Shown one piece after another: positions 1 through 10,087 of a DNA stretch of 64,000 nt (its first letter is position 1; each line of letters starts with the position of its first letter). A program made the position numbers and the translations under genes. Below the pieces are notes generated by a model that was not told the origin of the DNA, did not search any database, and saw only the letters and a list, made by a program, of their open reading frames with translations. The DNA comes from Vulcanimicrobiota bacterium (GTDB lineage: Bacteria; Vulcanimicrobiota; Vulcanimicrobiia; Vulcanimicrobiales; Vulcanimicrobiaceae), in the NCBI GenBank assembly GCA_963777315.1, contig CAVZQC010000002.1, positions 416,001 through 480,000 on the forward strand, in the 5' to 3' direction.

Positions 1-1102
1 CGGGGAGCCGGTCGAGCCCATTTGCGGCGACATGGGCGCATTTTGGATGCGTCTGCGCGCAGACAGTCAGCTGCGCTGGCTAGGGCCTGATAAGGGCGTC
101 ATGCAGATGGCCATCGCGGCGGTCGTGAACGCGGTATGGGACCTGTGCGCCAAACGGGCCGGCAAACCGCTGTGGAAGCTGCTGTCCGATCTGAGCCCGG
201 AGCGCATCGTCGAATTGGTCGATTTCCGCTATTTGACCGACGCTTTGTCCCCGGCAGAGGCGCTCGAACTGCTGCGTCGCAGCGCTGCGACGAGGGCGCA
301 GCGCGAAGCGGCACTATTGCAGAGCGGCTATCCAGCATACACCACCTCGGCGGGCTGGCTGGGCTACACGGACGAGCAGCTGCGGCAATCGTGCGTGCAG
401 GCTGCTCGAGCCGGATGGACGCAAGTGAAGATCAAGGTCGGCCGCGACATCGATCAAGACGCGCGCCGCTGCCGCATTGCGCGCGAAGCGATAGGCCCGC
501 AGCGCAAGTTGATGCTCGACGCCAATCAGCGCTGGAGCGTGCCGGAGGCGATCGCGAACGTGGCGCGCTTGCGCGAATGCGATCCGTGGTGGATAGAAGA
601 GCCCACGCACCCCGACGACGTGCTCGGGCATGCGCGCATCGCCCAGGCGATCGCTCCGATCCGGGTGGCTTGCGGCGAACATGCGCCCAATGCGATCGTT
701 TTCAAACAGCTCATGCAAAGCCGCGCGATCGGCATCTGCCAGATCGACGCCTGCCGCTCCGGCGGCGTGAACGACGCGATCGCTACGCTGCTGCTGGCGG
801 CAAAGTACGGCGTTCCGGTCTGTCCGCATACGGGCGGCGTGGGATTGTGCGAGCTCGCGCAGCACCTGTCGTTCTTCGACTATATCGCCGTGAGCGCGAG
901 TCTGGACGATCGCGTCATCGAGTACGTCGACAAACTGCACGAGCATTTCATCGATCCCGCGATCGTGCGCGGCGCGAATTACGTTGTGGCCTCGCGGCCC
1001 GGATTTAGTGCGGCCATTCGGCCCGAATCGATTGCGGAGTATCAATTTCCCGACGGGCGGGCTTGGCGGGGATCCGCGCACGGCAATTTCGTGTCCCGAT
1101 GA
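1..1102 (+). CDS. L-fuconate dehydratase-like enolase-superfamily protein (5' truncated by window)
   Basis: LRWLGPDKGV, YTTSAGWLGY, KIKVG, DANQ, WIEEP and GEH motifs; frame open from window start. Confidence 0.85.
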   Translation, partial: GEPVEPICGDMGAFWMRLRADSQLRWLGPDKGVMQMAIAAVVNAVWDLCAKRAGKPLWKLLSDLSPERIVELVDFRYLTDALSPAEALELLRRSAATRAQREAALLQSGYPAYTTSAGWLGYTDEQLRQSCVQAARAGWTQVKIKVGRDIDQDARRCRIAREAIGPQRKLMLDANQRWSVPEAIANVARLRECDPWWIEEPTHPDDVLGHARIAQAIAPIRVACGEHAPNAIVFKQLMQSRAIGICQIDACRSGGVNDAIATLLLAAKYGVPVCPHTGGVGLCELAQHLSFFDYIAVSASLDDRVIEYVDKLHEHFIDPAIVRGANYVVASRPGFSAAIRPESIAEYQFPDGRAWRGSAHGNFVSR

Positions 1103-1866
1103 GCGCCGGGGAATTCGCCGGTTTGGCAGCCGTCGTCACGGGCGGCGCTTCGGGCATCGGACTGGCGACGGCGCAGGTGCTGGCATCACGCGGTGCGCAG
1201 GTGGCCTCGCTGGACACTGCGCACGAACCCGCGCAAAGGTATCGGAACGGCATGCTGGCAATCGCGGCAGACGTTGCGCTTGCCTCGTCGGTGAGCGCGG
1301 CAATCGAAAGCGCCGTTCGCGAGTTCGGCCGGCTCGATATCGTGGTGAACAACGCGGGAATCGGCGCCGTGGGCAGCGTCGAGGACAACGAGGACGAGCA
1401 GTGGCAGCGCGTCTGGGACGTCAACGTCGTCGGCATGGTTCGCGTCACGCGCGCGGCGCTGCCGCACCTGCGCCGATCCGCGCACGCCAGCATCGTCAAC
1501 ACCGCCTCCATCGCCGCCTCCATCGCCGCCACGGCCGGCTTGCCCAAGCGCGCCCTGTACGCCGCGACCAAAGGCGCCGTGCTGGCATTGACGCTTGCGA
1601 TGGCGGCGGATCATTTGGCCGAGGGCGTTCGCGTGAATTGCGTGAACCCGGGAACGACCGATACGCCGTGGGTGGAGCGTCTGCTCGAAGCTTCCGAAGA
1701 TCCGGCTGCACAGCGGCGCGCGCTGCAAGCGCGTCAGCCGCTCGGGCGTCTGATTTCCGCGCAAGAAGTTGCGCATGCCATAGCCTATCTCGCATCTCCC
1801 ATGTCGTCGTCGACAACCGGTACGATACTGGCCGTAGACGGGGGAATGCAGGGTTTGCGCGTGTGA
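1099..1866 (+). CDS. SDR oxidoreductase (2-keto-3-deoxy-L-fuconate dehydrogenase-like)
   Basis: TGGASGIG, NNAG, YAATK; ATGA overlap with upstream gene. Confidence 0.85.
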   Translation: MSAGEFAGLAAVVTGGASGIGLATAQVLASRGAQVASLDTAHEPAQRYRNGMLAIAADVALASSVSAAIESAVREFGRLDIVVNNAGIGAVGSVEDNEDEQWQRVWDVNVVGMVRVTRAALPHLRRSAHASIVNTASIAASIAATAGLPKRALYAATKGAVLALTLAMAADHLAEGVRVNCVNPGTTDTPWVERLLEASEDPAAQRRALQARQPLGRLISAQEVAHAIAYLASPMSSSTTGTILAVDGGMQGLRV

Positions 1867-1879
1867 AGATGATCGCATC

Positions 1880-2920
1880 GTGAAACGAACCTGCGCACTT
1901 GCCGCCGGCGCCTTCGCAGTCGTCGCAATGACCGCTTGCGGCGGCGCGCACAATCACGCCTCGCAAAGATCGCAGAGCGCGGCGCCGCTTCGCATCGGCG
2001 TCGAACTGCCGTTGCTCACTTCGCCGTTTTGGCAAGCCTATAACGATTTTCTTCCGCTGTACGCGCAGCGCTACCGGCTCGCCCTTTTGCCGCCGTCGAA
2101 CGCAAACGGCGATACCGAAAAATTTCTCACCGACGTGCAGAATCTCATTACGAGCGGCGCGAACGGGCTGGTGCTTTCGCCCACCGACACCGCCGCGGTC
2201 GTTACGTCGATCGACCGCGCGGACGAACGCGGAATTCCGGTCGTGACCGTCGACGTCGCACCGGATCGCGGACGCGTGTTCATGGTGGTTCGCGCAGACA
2301 ACGCGGCGTACGGCCGCAAAGCGTGCGAGTACATCGGAGCCCGGGTGCACGCCGGCAACGTGGTGCAGATCGAAGGCGACCTCGCTTCGATCAACGGCCG
2401 CGACCGGACCGCGGCGTTCGATGCCTGCATGAAGGCGCGCTATCCGGCGCTTCGGGTGCTCGAGATCGCCGCGCAATGGGACGGCACCAAGGCCGCGCAA
2501 GGGCTGGAAACGCTGTTCGCCGCCAATCCCGACGTGCGCGCGATCTACATGCAGGCCGGCGGAGTCTATCTTTCGCCGACGCTCAGCTTCTTGCGGCGTC
2601 ACGGGGCCCTCGTCGCCGCCGGGAAGCCCGGCCATATCGTCATCGTTTCCAACGACGGCATTCCGCAAGAGCTCGACGCCATTCGCAGCGGCTGGATCGA
2701 TGCGACGGTTTCACAGCCGGCGGACGCGTACGCCAAGTACGGGCTGTACTACGTCAAAGCTGCCCTCGAGCACAAGTCGTTCGCGCCCGGGCCCACGGAC
2801 CACGGCAGCACGATCGTGCGTCTGTCCAGCGGCATGCTCGAGGACCAGCTGCCCGCACCAATCGTCACCAAAGCCAACGTCAACGACCGCGCGTTCTGGG
2901 GAAACGCGGCAGCGCGATAG
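1880..2920 (+). CDS. Sugar ABC transporter substrate-binding lipoprotein
   Basis: Lipobox-like MTAC; RbsB-like motifs GIPVVTVD, ADNAAYG, DATVSQP. Confidence 0.9.
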   Translation: MKRTCALAAGAFAVVAMTACGGAHNHASQRSQSAAPLRIGVELPLLTSPFWQAYNDFLPLYAQRYRLALLPPSNANGDTEKFLTDVQNLITSGANGLVLSPTDTAAVVTSIDRADERGIPVVTVDVAPDRGRVFMVVRADNAAYGRKACEYIGARVHAGNVVQIEGDLASINGRDRTAAFDACMKARYPALRVLEIAAQWDGTKAAQGLETLFAANPDVRAIYMQAGGVYLSPTLSFLRRHGALVAAGKPGHIVIVSNDGIPQELDAIRSGWIDATVSQPADAYAKYGLYYVKAALEHKSFAPGPTDHGSTIVRLSSGMLEDQLPAPIVTKANVNDRAFWGNAAAR

Positions 2921-2928
2921 GTTTGGGG

Positions 2929-4422
2929 ATGCAGCCAATTGCGGAAGCGATCGACGTCAGCAAGCGGTTCGCGAGTACGCTCGCGCTCGACCGCGCGAAC
3001 ATCGCGGTCATGCCCGGAGAACTGCACGCGCTCGTCGGCCGCAACGGTGCGGGCAAATCGACGCTCGTCGCGATTTTGACCGGATTGCTGCGGCCCGACG
3101 GCGGCCGCGTGCGACTGCACGGCGATCCGGCTCCCGCAATCGGCGACCGGCATGCCTGGGCCGCCAAAGTTGCCTGCGTCTACCAGCACTCGAAGATCGT
3201 TCCGCAGCTGTGCGTGGCGGAGAACATCTTCCTGAATCGCTACGGGCAAGGCGCGTTCATTTCGTGGCCGCGGCTGCGTTCGCGAGCTCGCGAGCTGCTG
3301 GCGGAATGGAACGTCCCCATCGACGCCGATGCGCCCGCGCACACGTTGTCGGTAGAGGAGCGCCAACTGATCGAGATCGTGCGCGCGCTTTCGTTCGGCG
3401 CGCGATTCGTGATCCTCGACGAACCGACCGCGCACCTGGAGCGCCGCGCGATCGAACGGCTCTTCGTGCATCTGCGCGCGCTACAGCGTGCCGGCGTAAC
3501 GATTCTGTTCATTTCGCACCATCTGCAGGAAGTCTACGACTTATGCGATGCGGTCACCGTCTTCCGCGACGCGCAGCGAATCTGCACGCGACGCGTCTGC
3601 GATCTTCCGCAGCAGGCGCTGATCGAAGCGATGACGGGCTCCGTTTCGCTTTCTCCGGCGCAAACCGCGCACGTCGATTCTCAGTTGCGCGCCGGCGAGC
3701 CTGCGCTGGAGGTCCACAGTTTGAACGCTCCGGGCATTCGCGACCTGCACGTGACGCTGTGGCCCGGCGAGATCGTCGGCCTAGCCGGTACGGGCGGCAG
3801 CGGCAAAACGATCGTCGCCGAAACGATTGCCGGTTTGCACAAAGCGCGCAGCGGAACCCTGCGCATCGACGGGCAGCCGGTTGCACCGGGCAGCGTACGC
3901 GCCGCTTTGCGCGCCGGCATCGGTATGGTGCCGCGCGATCGCCACGGGCAAGGCCTCGTCCTGGATCTGTCGCTTGCCGAAAACGCGACGATGACGATGG
4001 ACGATCGCCTGGGCTGGGGCGGCTTCATCGCACCGGCCGCGCGCCGGCGCGCCGCGCAGTCCGCGATAGCGAGGCTGGGTATCGTTTCCGCCGGCGCGGA
4101 CCGTCCGGTACGGGAGCTGTCCGGAGGCAATCAGCAAAAGGTCGTTTTCGCCCGAGCGCTCGCGCGAGAGCCTCGCGTGCTCATTTTGATGAATCCAACT
4201 GCCGGCATTGACGTGAAATCCAAGGAGGCGCTGCTGCGCGAAATCCATCGCGCGCGGCGCCGCGGCACCGCCGTGCTGATCGTCTCGGACGATCTCGACG
4301 ATTTGCGCGCATGCGATCGCGTCGTGGTGCTCGTCGAGGGATGCGTGCGCGCCGACATTCCCGCCGGATGGAACGATAACGCGCTGATCGCGCAGATCGA
4401 AGGCGTGGCCGCGCATGCGTGA
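2929..4422 (+). CDS. Sugar ABC transporter ATP-binding protein
   Basis: GRNGAGKST, ILDEPT, LSGGNQQK; two ABC domains. Confidence 0.92.
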   Translation: MQPIAEAIDVSKRFASTLALDRANIAVMPGELHALVGRNGAGKSTLVAILTGLLRPDGGRVRLHGDPAPAIGDRHAWAAKVACVYQHSKIVPQLCVAENIFLNRYGQGAFISWPRLRSRARELLAEWNVPIDADAPAHTLSVEERQLIEIVRALSFGARFVILDEPTAHLERRAIERLFVHLRALQRAGVTILFISHHLQEVYDLCDAVTVFRDAQRICTRRVCDLPQQALIEAMTGSVSLSPAQTAHVDSQLRAGEPALEVHSLNAPGIRDLHVTLWPGEIVGLAGTGGSGKTIVAETIAGLHKARSGTLRIDGQPVAPGSVRAALRAGIGMVPRDRHGQGLVLDLSLAENATMTMDDRLGWGGFIAPAARRRAAQSAIARLGIVSAGADRPVRELSGGNQQKVVFARALAREPRVLILMNPTAGIDVKSKEALLREIHRARRRGTAVLIVSDDLDDLRACDRVVVLVEGCVRADIPAGWNDNALIAQIEGVAAHA

Positions 4423-5413
4423 AGCGGCGGTTGCCGCGCGCGCCGGTTCGGCGCCGCGCCCGGCGTTGGTTCCGCTGCGTGAACTGGCACTTGTGCCCGC
4501 GCTGGGCATTTTGGTGCTGGTGGGCGCACTGTCCAATGCGCATTTTCTCGCGCCCGAAAATCTGATCGACATTTTGGGCGCCTCCTCGGCGCTCGCCCTC
4601 GTCGTGCTCGGTGAATCGCTGATTCTCATCACCGGCAAGTTCGATCTCTCGCTGGAGTCGACGGTCGGCATCGCGCCTGCGATCGGCGTGCTGCTGGTGG
4701 CGCCGCTCGTGGAGCGCGGCTGGGGCGTGGAAGCGCCCGCGTGGATCGGTTTGCTCGCGCTTTTTGCCGTCGGCGCGCTGATTGGCCTATTCAACGGCTT
4801 GCTCATCGTCAAGCTTCGCCTGAACGCGTTCATCGTGACGCTGGCGATGCTGATCGTCTTGCGCGGTTTGCTCGTCGGCTTAACGAAGGGCAACACGCTG
4901 TTCGCCGTGCCCGCTTCGTTCCTTTATCTCGGATCGCAGACGTGGCTTTTCGTCCCGGTATCGGTATGGCTGGCCGCAGCCGTGTTCGCTGCGGCGGCAT
5001 TCGTGCTGCGCTATCACCGCTACGGCCGCGCGCTGTACGCGATCGGCGGGAACGTCGAAGCGGCGCGCGCAGCGGGTATCGCGGTCGATCGCGTGACGTG
5101 GTGCGTGTTCGCGCTCGCCGGCGTGCTCGCAGCTGCAGCGGGACTGATTTTGGCCGGGCGGCTGGGAGCCGTCAGCGCGAACCAAGGCAACGGGATGATC
5201 TTTACCGTTTTTGCAGCCGCGGTGATCGGCGGGGTGAGTTTGGACGGCGGCCGCGGGACGGTATTCGGAGCGCTTACGGGCGTGCTGTTGCTGGGCGTGC
5301 TCGACGATTTGCTCACGCTCGCACAGGTGCAGACGTTTTGGATCCAAGCGATTTACGGCGCGATCATCCTGCTGGCGCTGATGCTGGCACGGATCGCGAC
5401 CGGAAAAGAGTGA
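4415..5413 (+). CDS. Sugar ABC transporter permease
   Basis: FDLS, GRALYAIGGN, AAVIGGVSL; hydrophobic. Confidence 0.92.
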   Translation: MREAAVAARAGSAPRPALVPLRELALVPALGILVLVGALSNAHFLAPENLIDILGASSALALVVLGESLILITGKFDLSLESTVGIAPAIGVLLVAPLVERGWGVEAPAWIGLLALFAVGALIGLFNGLLIVKLRLNAFIVTLAMLIVLRGLLVGLTKGNTLFAVPASFLYLGSQTWLFVPVSVWLAAAVFAAAAFVLRYHRYGRALYAIGGNVEAARAAGIAVDRVTWCVFALAGVLAAAAGLILAGRLGAVSANQGNGMIFTVFAAAVIGGVSLDGGRGTVFGALTGVLLLGVLDDLLTLAQVQTFWIQAIYGAIILLALMLARIATGKE

Positions 5414-5416
5414 GCG

Positions 5417-6319
5417 ATGATCGCGCCGCTGGGCTGCGGAGGAGCTCCGCTGGGCGGATTGTACGAGCCCGTTTCGGACGAATGTGCGCAGGCGACGCTC
5501 GAGGCCGCATGGCAGTGCGGGATCCGCTATTTCGACACGGCGCCGCTGTACGGTTTGGGTCTTTCGGAGCGCCGCCTGGGGAGGTTTCTGGCAGGCAAAC
5601 CACGCCATGCGTTTGCCGTTTCCACGAAAGTGGGCCGCGTGCTGGTCCCCGGACCGGACGGCGATTCTCGGCAGGCGCTTTTCGACTTCAGCGCGGACGG
5701 AATCCGCCGCGCGATTGAAAGCAGTCTGCAGCGCTTGGATCTCTCGTTCGTCGACATCGCGTTCATTCACGATCCGGACGCGCACGTCGATCAAGCCGTG
5801 CGCGAAGCGTTTCCGGCCGTCCGGCGGCTGCGCGACGAACGCATTGCCGGTGCCGTGGGCGTCGGCATGAATCAGTGGCAGGCTCCGGCGCGTTTCGTTC
5901 GCGAGTGCGATCCGGACGTCGTGATGATCGCCGGACGTTACACCTTGCTGGACCAAAGCGCCGGCGAAGAACTGCTCCCGCTGTGCGTCGAGCACGGCGT
6001 CGACGTTGCGGCGGCGGGCGCATTCAACAGCGGGATCCTCGCCCGGAGCGACCCGCGCGCAGGAGCGACGTACGACTACCATACGGCGCCGCCGCACATG
6101 CTCGAATCGGCTCGCCGCATCGCGGCGATTTGCGAAAGGCACGGCACGACGTTGGCCGCTGCGGCCATAGCTTTTCCGTTGAAACACCCGGCCGTTCGCA
6201 GCGTCGTGCTCGGTATGCGCTCGCCGGCCGAAGTTCGCGAGAACGTCGCATCGTTCCATAACCCGCCGCCGCAAGCGTTGTGGCTTGAACTCGCCGACGA
6301 GGGATTGATTCGCTGGTGA
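5417..6319 (+). CDS. Aldo/keto reductase (L-fucose/D-threo-aldose dehydrogenase-like)
   Basis: FDTAPLYGLGLSE, STKVGR, FIHDPD, AGRYTLL. Confidence 0.85.
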   Translation: MIAPLGCGGAPLGGLYEPVSDECAQATLEAAWQCGIRYFDTAPLYGLGLSERRLGRFLAGKPRHAFAVSTKVGRVLVPGPDGDSRQALFDFSADGIRRAIESSLQRLDLSFVDIAFIHDPDAHVDQAVREAFPAVRRLRDERIAGAVGVGMNQWQAPARFVRECDPDVVMIAGRYTLLDQSAGEELLPLCVEHGVDVAAAGAFNSGILARSDPRAGATYDYHTAPPHMLESARRIAAICERHGTTLAAAAIAFPLKHPAVRSVVLGMRSPAEVRENVASFHNPPPQALWLELADEGLIRW

Positions 6320-7164
6320 CGATCGTCGATGCGCATCACCATCTTTGGGATCCCGCAAAGCGGCGGTATCCGTGGATGAGCGACGATCTCGCGCCGATTC
6401 GCCGCGCGTTCACAATCGACGACCTTCGGGCTGCGTTACCCGTGCAGGTGCGCCAGACGATCCTCGTGCAGGCCGCGGCTTCGCTGGATGAAACGCGCGA
6501 GCTGCTGCGCGCCGCAAGCGGCTGCGAGCCGATAGCCGGCGTCGTCGGCTGGATCGATTTGACCGCCGACGGCGTTGCCGATTGCATCCGCGAACTGCAG
6601 AACTGCGAAGGGGGAGCGTACTTAGTCGCCATTCGCCATCAGGTGCACGACGAGCAAGATCCGGGCTGGCTCATGCGCGCCGACGTGCTGCGCGGACTGC
6701 ATGCCGTCGCCGACGCGGGCTTGGCCTTCGATCTCTTGATCCGCCCGCGAGAGTCGCCGGCGGCGCTGCAGGCCGCCCGGCGTCTTCCCGGACTGCAGTT
6801 CGTCGTCGATCACGGCGGTAAGCCCGACGTGGCGGGCGCCGCGTGGGAGCCGTGGAACTCGCATCTCCAGCAGTTGGCTGCGCTCGGCAACGCGGCGTGC
6901 AAATTGTCGGGTTTGATCACGCAGGCGTCGTGGAACGCATGGACGCCCGAGCAAATCATTCCGTACGCGCATAGGATTCTCGAGTTGTTCGGGCCGGCGC
7001 GCGTGCTGTTCGGATCGGACTGGCCGGTGTGTCTGCTGGCCGCCTCGTACGATCGCGTCGTCGATCTCGCGCAGCGTTGCGTTGCGCATCTCGCGCCGCC
7101 GGAACGTTCGGCGATATTTGCGGGCAACGCGCGGCGCATTTACCGATTGCCGCAGCCGGAATGA
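6316..7164 (+). CDS. Amidohydrolase (L-fucono-1,5-lactonase-like)
   Basis: DAHHHLW, VDHGGKP, CKLSGL, FGSDWPV. Confidence 0.85.
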   Translation: MTIVDAHHHLWDPAKRRYPWMSDDLAPIRRAFTIDDLRAALPVQVRQTILVQAAASLDETRELLRAASGCEPIAGVVGWIDLTADGVADCIRELQNCEGGAYLVAIRHQVHDEQDPGWLMRADVLRGLHAVADAGLAFDLLIRPRESPAALQAARRLPGLQFVVDHGGKPDVAGAAWEPWNSHLQQLAALGNAACKLSGLITQASWNAWTPEQIIPYAHRILELFGPARVLFGSDWPVCLLAASYDRVVDLAQRCVAHLAPPERSAIFAGNARRIYRLPQPE

Positions 7165-8255
7165 TGCCAGCTCCGGGTAGTTCGTATCGAACCGTCGACG
7201 AGCGCCGCCTCAAAACGTTCGTCCGCACATGCCTGGAGCGACTGGGCGTCGGAAGCGATAGCGCATCGCAAGTCGCGGACGTGCTGGTCGAAGCGGACGT
7301 ACGCGGCATCGAATCGCACGGCGTTGCGCGGTTGAACGCTTATTACGTCAGCCGCCTTCGATCGGGGACCATGAACGCCGACCCGCCTTACCGCATCGTG
7401 CGCGAAACGGACACTACCGTGCTCGTGGATGCCGGCAACGGCCTGGGACATCCCGCAGGCATACTGGCGATGCGCGCGGCGATCGAGAAGGCAAAAACTT
7501 TCGGCGTCGCGTTCGCCTGCGTGCGCAATTCCAACCATTACGGCATCGCAGCATACTACGCGATGATGGCGCTCGAACACGACATGATCGGGCTCTCGTC
7601 GACGAACTCGGTGCGTTACGCCGTACCGACGTTCGGACGCGATCTCATGCTGGGAACCAATCCGCTCGCGTTTGCCGTTCCGGCCGGCAGCGAGCCGGCA
7701 TTCGTTTTGGATTTTGCCACGACCACCGTGCCGCGCGGGCGATTGGAAGTGCACAAACGCAAGAATCTGCCGCTTGCGCCGGGCTGGGCGGTGGATTCGA
7801 ACGGCGTACCGACCGGCGATCCGCGCGCGGCGCTCGAGGGGGCGCTCTTGCCGCTGGGCGGCTTCGGCACGCAAGGCGGAGGACACAAGGGTTACGGGCT
7901 CGGACTGCTGGTCGACATTCTGTGCGGCGTTCTGAGCGGCGGCAGCTTCGGGCCGGACTTGGGATTGCCGTCCGCCGACGACAAGCGCGGCGCGGTTTCG
8001 CACTGGTTCGCAGCGATGCGCGTCGAAGCCATGCGCAACGTGGACGAATTCAAACGGGACATGGACCGCGAACTGCGCGCGTTCAAACACAGCGCGAGAG
8101 CGCCGGATCAGCCGCGAATCTACACAGCCGGCGAGATCGAAGACGAGCGCGCCCGCCGGCATCGCGCACACGGCGTGCCGCTGCACGTCAGCGTTTGGAG
8201 AGAACTGCAGGCTTTGGCGTGTGAACTGGACGTCGACTTCGAGGCTGCATGGTGA
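7161..8255 (+). CDS. Ldh_2 (malate/L-lactate/ureidoglycolate dehydrogenase) family oxidoreductase
   Basis: RGIESHGV, NSNHYG, GTNPLAFAVP, LDFATT, HKGYGL; ATGA overlap. Confidence 0.88.
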   Translation: MMPAPGSSYRTVDERRLKTFVRTCLERLGVGSDSASQVADVLVEADVRGIESHGVARLNAYYVSRLRSGTMNADPPYRIVRETDTTVLVDAGNGLGHPAGILAMRAAIEKAKTFGVAFACVRNSNHYGIAAYYAMMALEHDMIGLSSTNSVRYAVPTFGRDLMLGTNPLAFAVPAGSEPAFVLDFATTTVPRGRLEVHKRKNLPLAPGWAVDSNGVPTGDPRAALEGALLPLGGFGTQGGGHKGYGLGLLVDILCGVLSGGSFGPDLGLPSADDKRGAVSHWFAAMRVEAMRNVDEFKRDMDRELRAFKHSARAPDQPRIYTAGEIEDERARRHRAHGVPLHVSVWRELQALACELDVDFEAAW

Positions 8256-8974
8256 TCGCGCTGCTTGTATCGGCCGTTCTCGCTCAGACGAGCCCCGCGC
8301 CCGCGGCAACGCCGATCGGCAAAGTGCCGTGGCAGGCGGATGGGCGTCCGGCCGGCGAGATGCAGACGTACTGGCAGTCGCTGATGAAGCATCTTCACGA
8401 CCGGCCGATCCGCGTGCTGTTCGTGGGGGATTCCATTACGTATAACTACACGATGGGTCCCGGGCGTGCCGTTTACGACACGTACTTTGCGCCGCTGGGC
8501 GCGTTCAACGAAGGCGTTAGCGGCGACACCACGCAGAACACGCTCGCGTCGATCCAAGCCGGCGAACTGGACGGCATCGATCCGAAGGTCGTCTATCTCA
8601 TGATCGGCACCAACGACGTCCGCGATCGCTGGACGGGACCCGACATCGCCCGCGGCGTGGAAGCCGTGGTGGCCGCGATCCACGAGAAGCTGCCCAATGC
8701 GCGCATTTTGCTGCTCGACATATTTCCGCGCGGCCTGCAGCCGACTTCGCCCGATCGCATCGAAGTGGACCGCGCGAACGCGGCTCTTGACGCGTATGCG
8801 TTTGCGCCTTACGTGACGCGCTTGGACGTGAACGCGGCGTTTCTCAACGCCGACGGCACGCTAAAGTCGCAGCTCTTCGGGGATGAAACGCTGCACCCCA
8901 ATGCGCAGGGCTACGCAGCTATCGCTCCGGCGATCCGCACCGCGATCGACGCGATGCTCGCATCTTCTCCGTAA
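8249..8974 (+). CDS. Secreted SGNH/GDSL esterase
   Basis: Signal peptide; GDSIT, GVSGD, IGTND, DxLHPN. Confidence 0.85.
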   Translation: MVIALLVSAVLAQTSPAPAATPIGKVPWQADGRPAGEMQTYWQSLMKHLHDRPIRVLFVGDSITYNYTMGPGRAVYDTYFAPLGAFNEGVSGDTTQNTLASIQAGELDGIDPKVVYLMIGTNDVRDRWTGPDIARGVEAVVAAIHEKLPNARILLLDIFPRGLQPTSPDRIEVDRANAALDAYAFAPYVTRLDVNAAFLNADGTLKSQLFGDETLHPNAQGYAAIAPAIRTAIDAMLASSP

Positions 8975-8983
8975 CGCCGCCCC

Positions 8984-10087
8984 TTACGGAATCTGCGAGC
9001 ACGCGGGCACGGCGAGGCGTGTAAACGTGAGGTTTTCATAAGGCGTGAGCCGGCCGTTCTCGTATACGACGGCGACGACGTTGCCCGGCAGCGGCGCCAT
9101 AACCGCATACGCAGCGGGTCCCGCGTGAAGAATGCGCGATTGCGGCCAGGTCTTTCCGCCGTCGCAGCTGGTTCGAAGCGTCAGATTGCGCCGCTCTACG
9201 GCGTTCGCAGGGTTGACGAACAGCAGCGCATTACCATCGGCGATTTCATCTGCGTTTACGCCGGGATCCGGTAGGGCGGCATCCGGCCGCATCGGCCCAA
9301 AGGACCGGCCTCCATCGCGGGAAACCGCCAGGAAACGTAGGCGCAGCGTGTTGTGGCGCATGTTTTGCACGATGCTGCCGTCACGCAATTGCACCGCCTT
9401 GCTTTCGTTCACGTCGGTGCCGGCGAACGCGCCCATTCTCCAACTCGCACCATGGTCGTCGCTGTACGCGTCTGCCGCATGCGTTTTCCCGGTCGCATCC
9501 ATGACGACGTACGGCTGGATCAGCCGTCCGCTGCGCGTCTGAATCCCGTGGCCGGACGAAGCAAACAGCGCGCGCCAGACGGGGTTTTTAATCTGCCGAT
9601 TTAAATCCAACGGCTTGGACCAGGTTGCGGCGTCGTCGTCGCTCCACTGCACCATGGCGTGGACCGTGCGCGAGTCCAGCGCGTCGCTCGATCCCGGACG
9701 CGATTCAAAAAAGCCCACGCCCGGCGGACCGTAAGCGTAAAAGAGAAATATTCGGCCGGTGATGCGGTCGACGAGCAGGCTGGAATCACCCGTCCCGCCC
9801 GCAGGAAATGCTGCGGCGATGATCGGCGGACTCCAGGTCAGTCCGCCGTCGAGGCTGCGGCGCTGCGCGATGCGAATATCGTTGGGCAGATCGCGCGACG
9901 ATGAAATTCGTTCGTCGAAGGTTGCAATCAGCGTTCCTCGATTTGTCACTGCAAGCGCCGGAATGCGGTACGTGGGGACTGCGCCGGTCCCGCTTACGGC
10001 CAGAACGCGATCGATCCGCGCGTGCGCGGGCGCTCCACCGGCGAGCGCTGCGGCGGCGACCGCGATGCCGATGACGTTTTTGAGCAC
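8984..10087 (-). CDS. Sialidase (GH33)
   Basis: Signal peptide; YRIP motif; five Asp-boxes (SLDGGLTW, SDDDAATW, SDDHGASW, SRDGGRSF, SCDGGKTW). Confidence 0.9.
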   Translation of the reverse strand: MLKNVIGIAVAAAALAGGAPAHARIDRVLAVSGTGAVPTYRIPALAVTNRGTLIATFDERISSSRDLPNDIRIAQRRSLDGGLTWSPPIIAAAFPAGGTGDSSLLVDRITGRIFLFYAYGPPGVGFFESRPGSSDALDSRTVHAMVQWSDDDAATWSKPLDLNRQIKNPVWRALFASSGHGIQTRSGRLIQPYVVMDATGKTHAADAYSDDHGASWRMGAFAGTDVNESKAVQLRDGSIVQNMRHNTLRLRFLAVSRDGGRSFGPMRPDAALPDPGVNADEIADGNALLFVNPANAVERRNLTLRTSCDGGKTWPQSRILHAGPAAYAVMAPLPGNVVAVVYENGRLTPYENLTFTRLAVPACSQIP

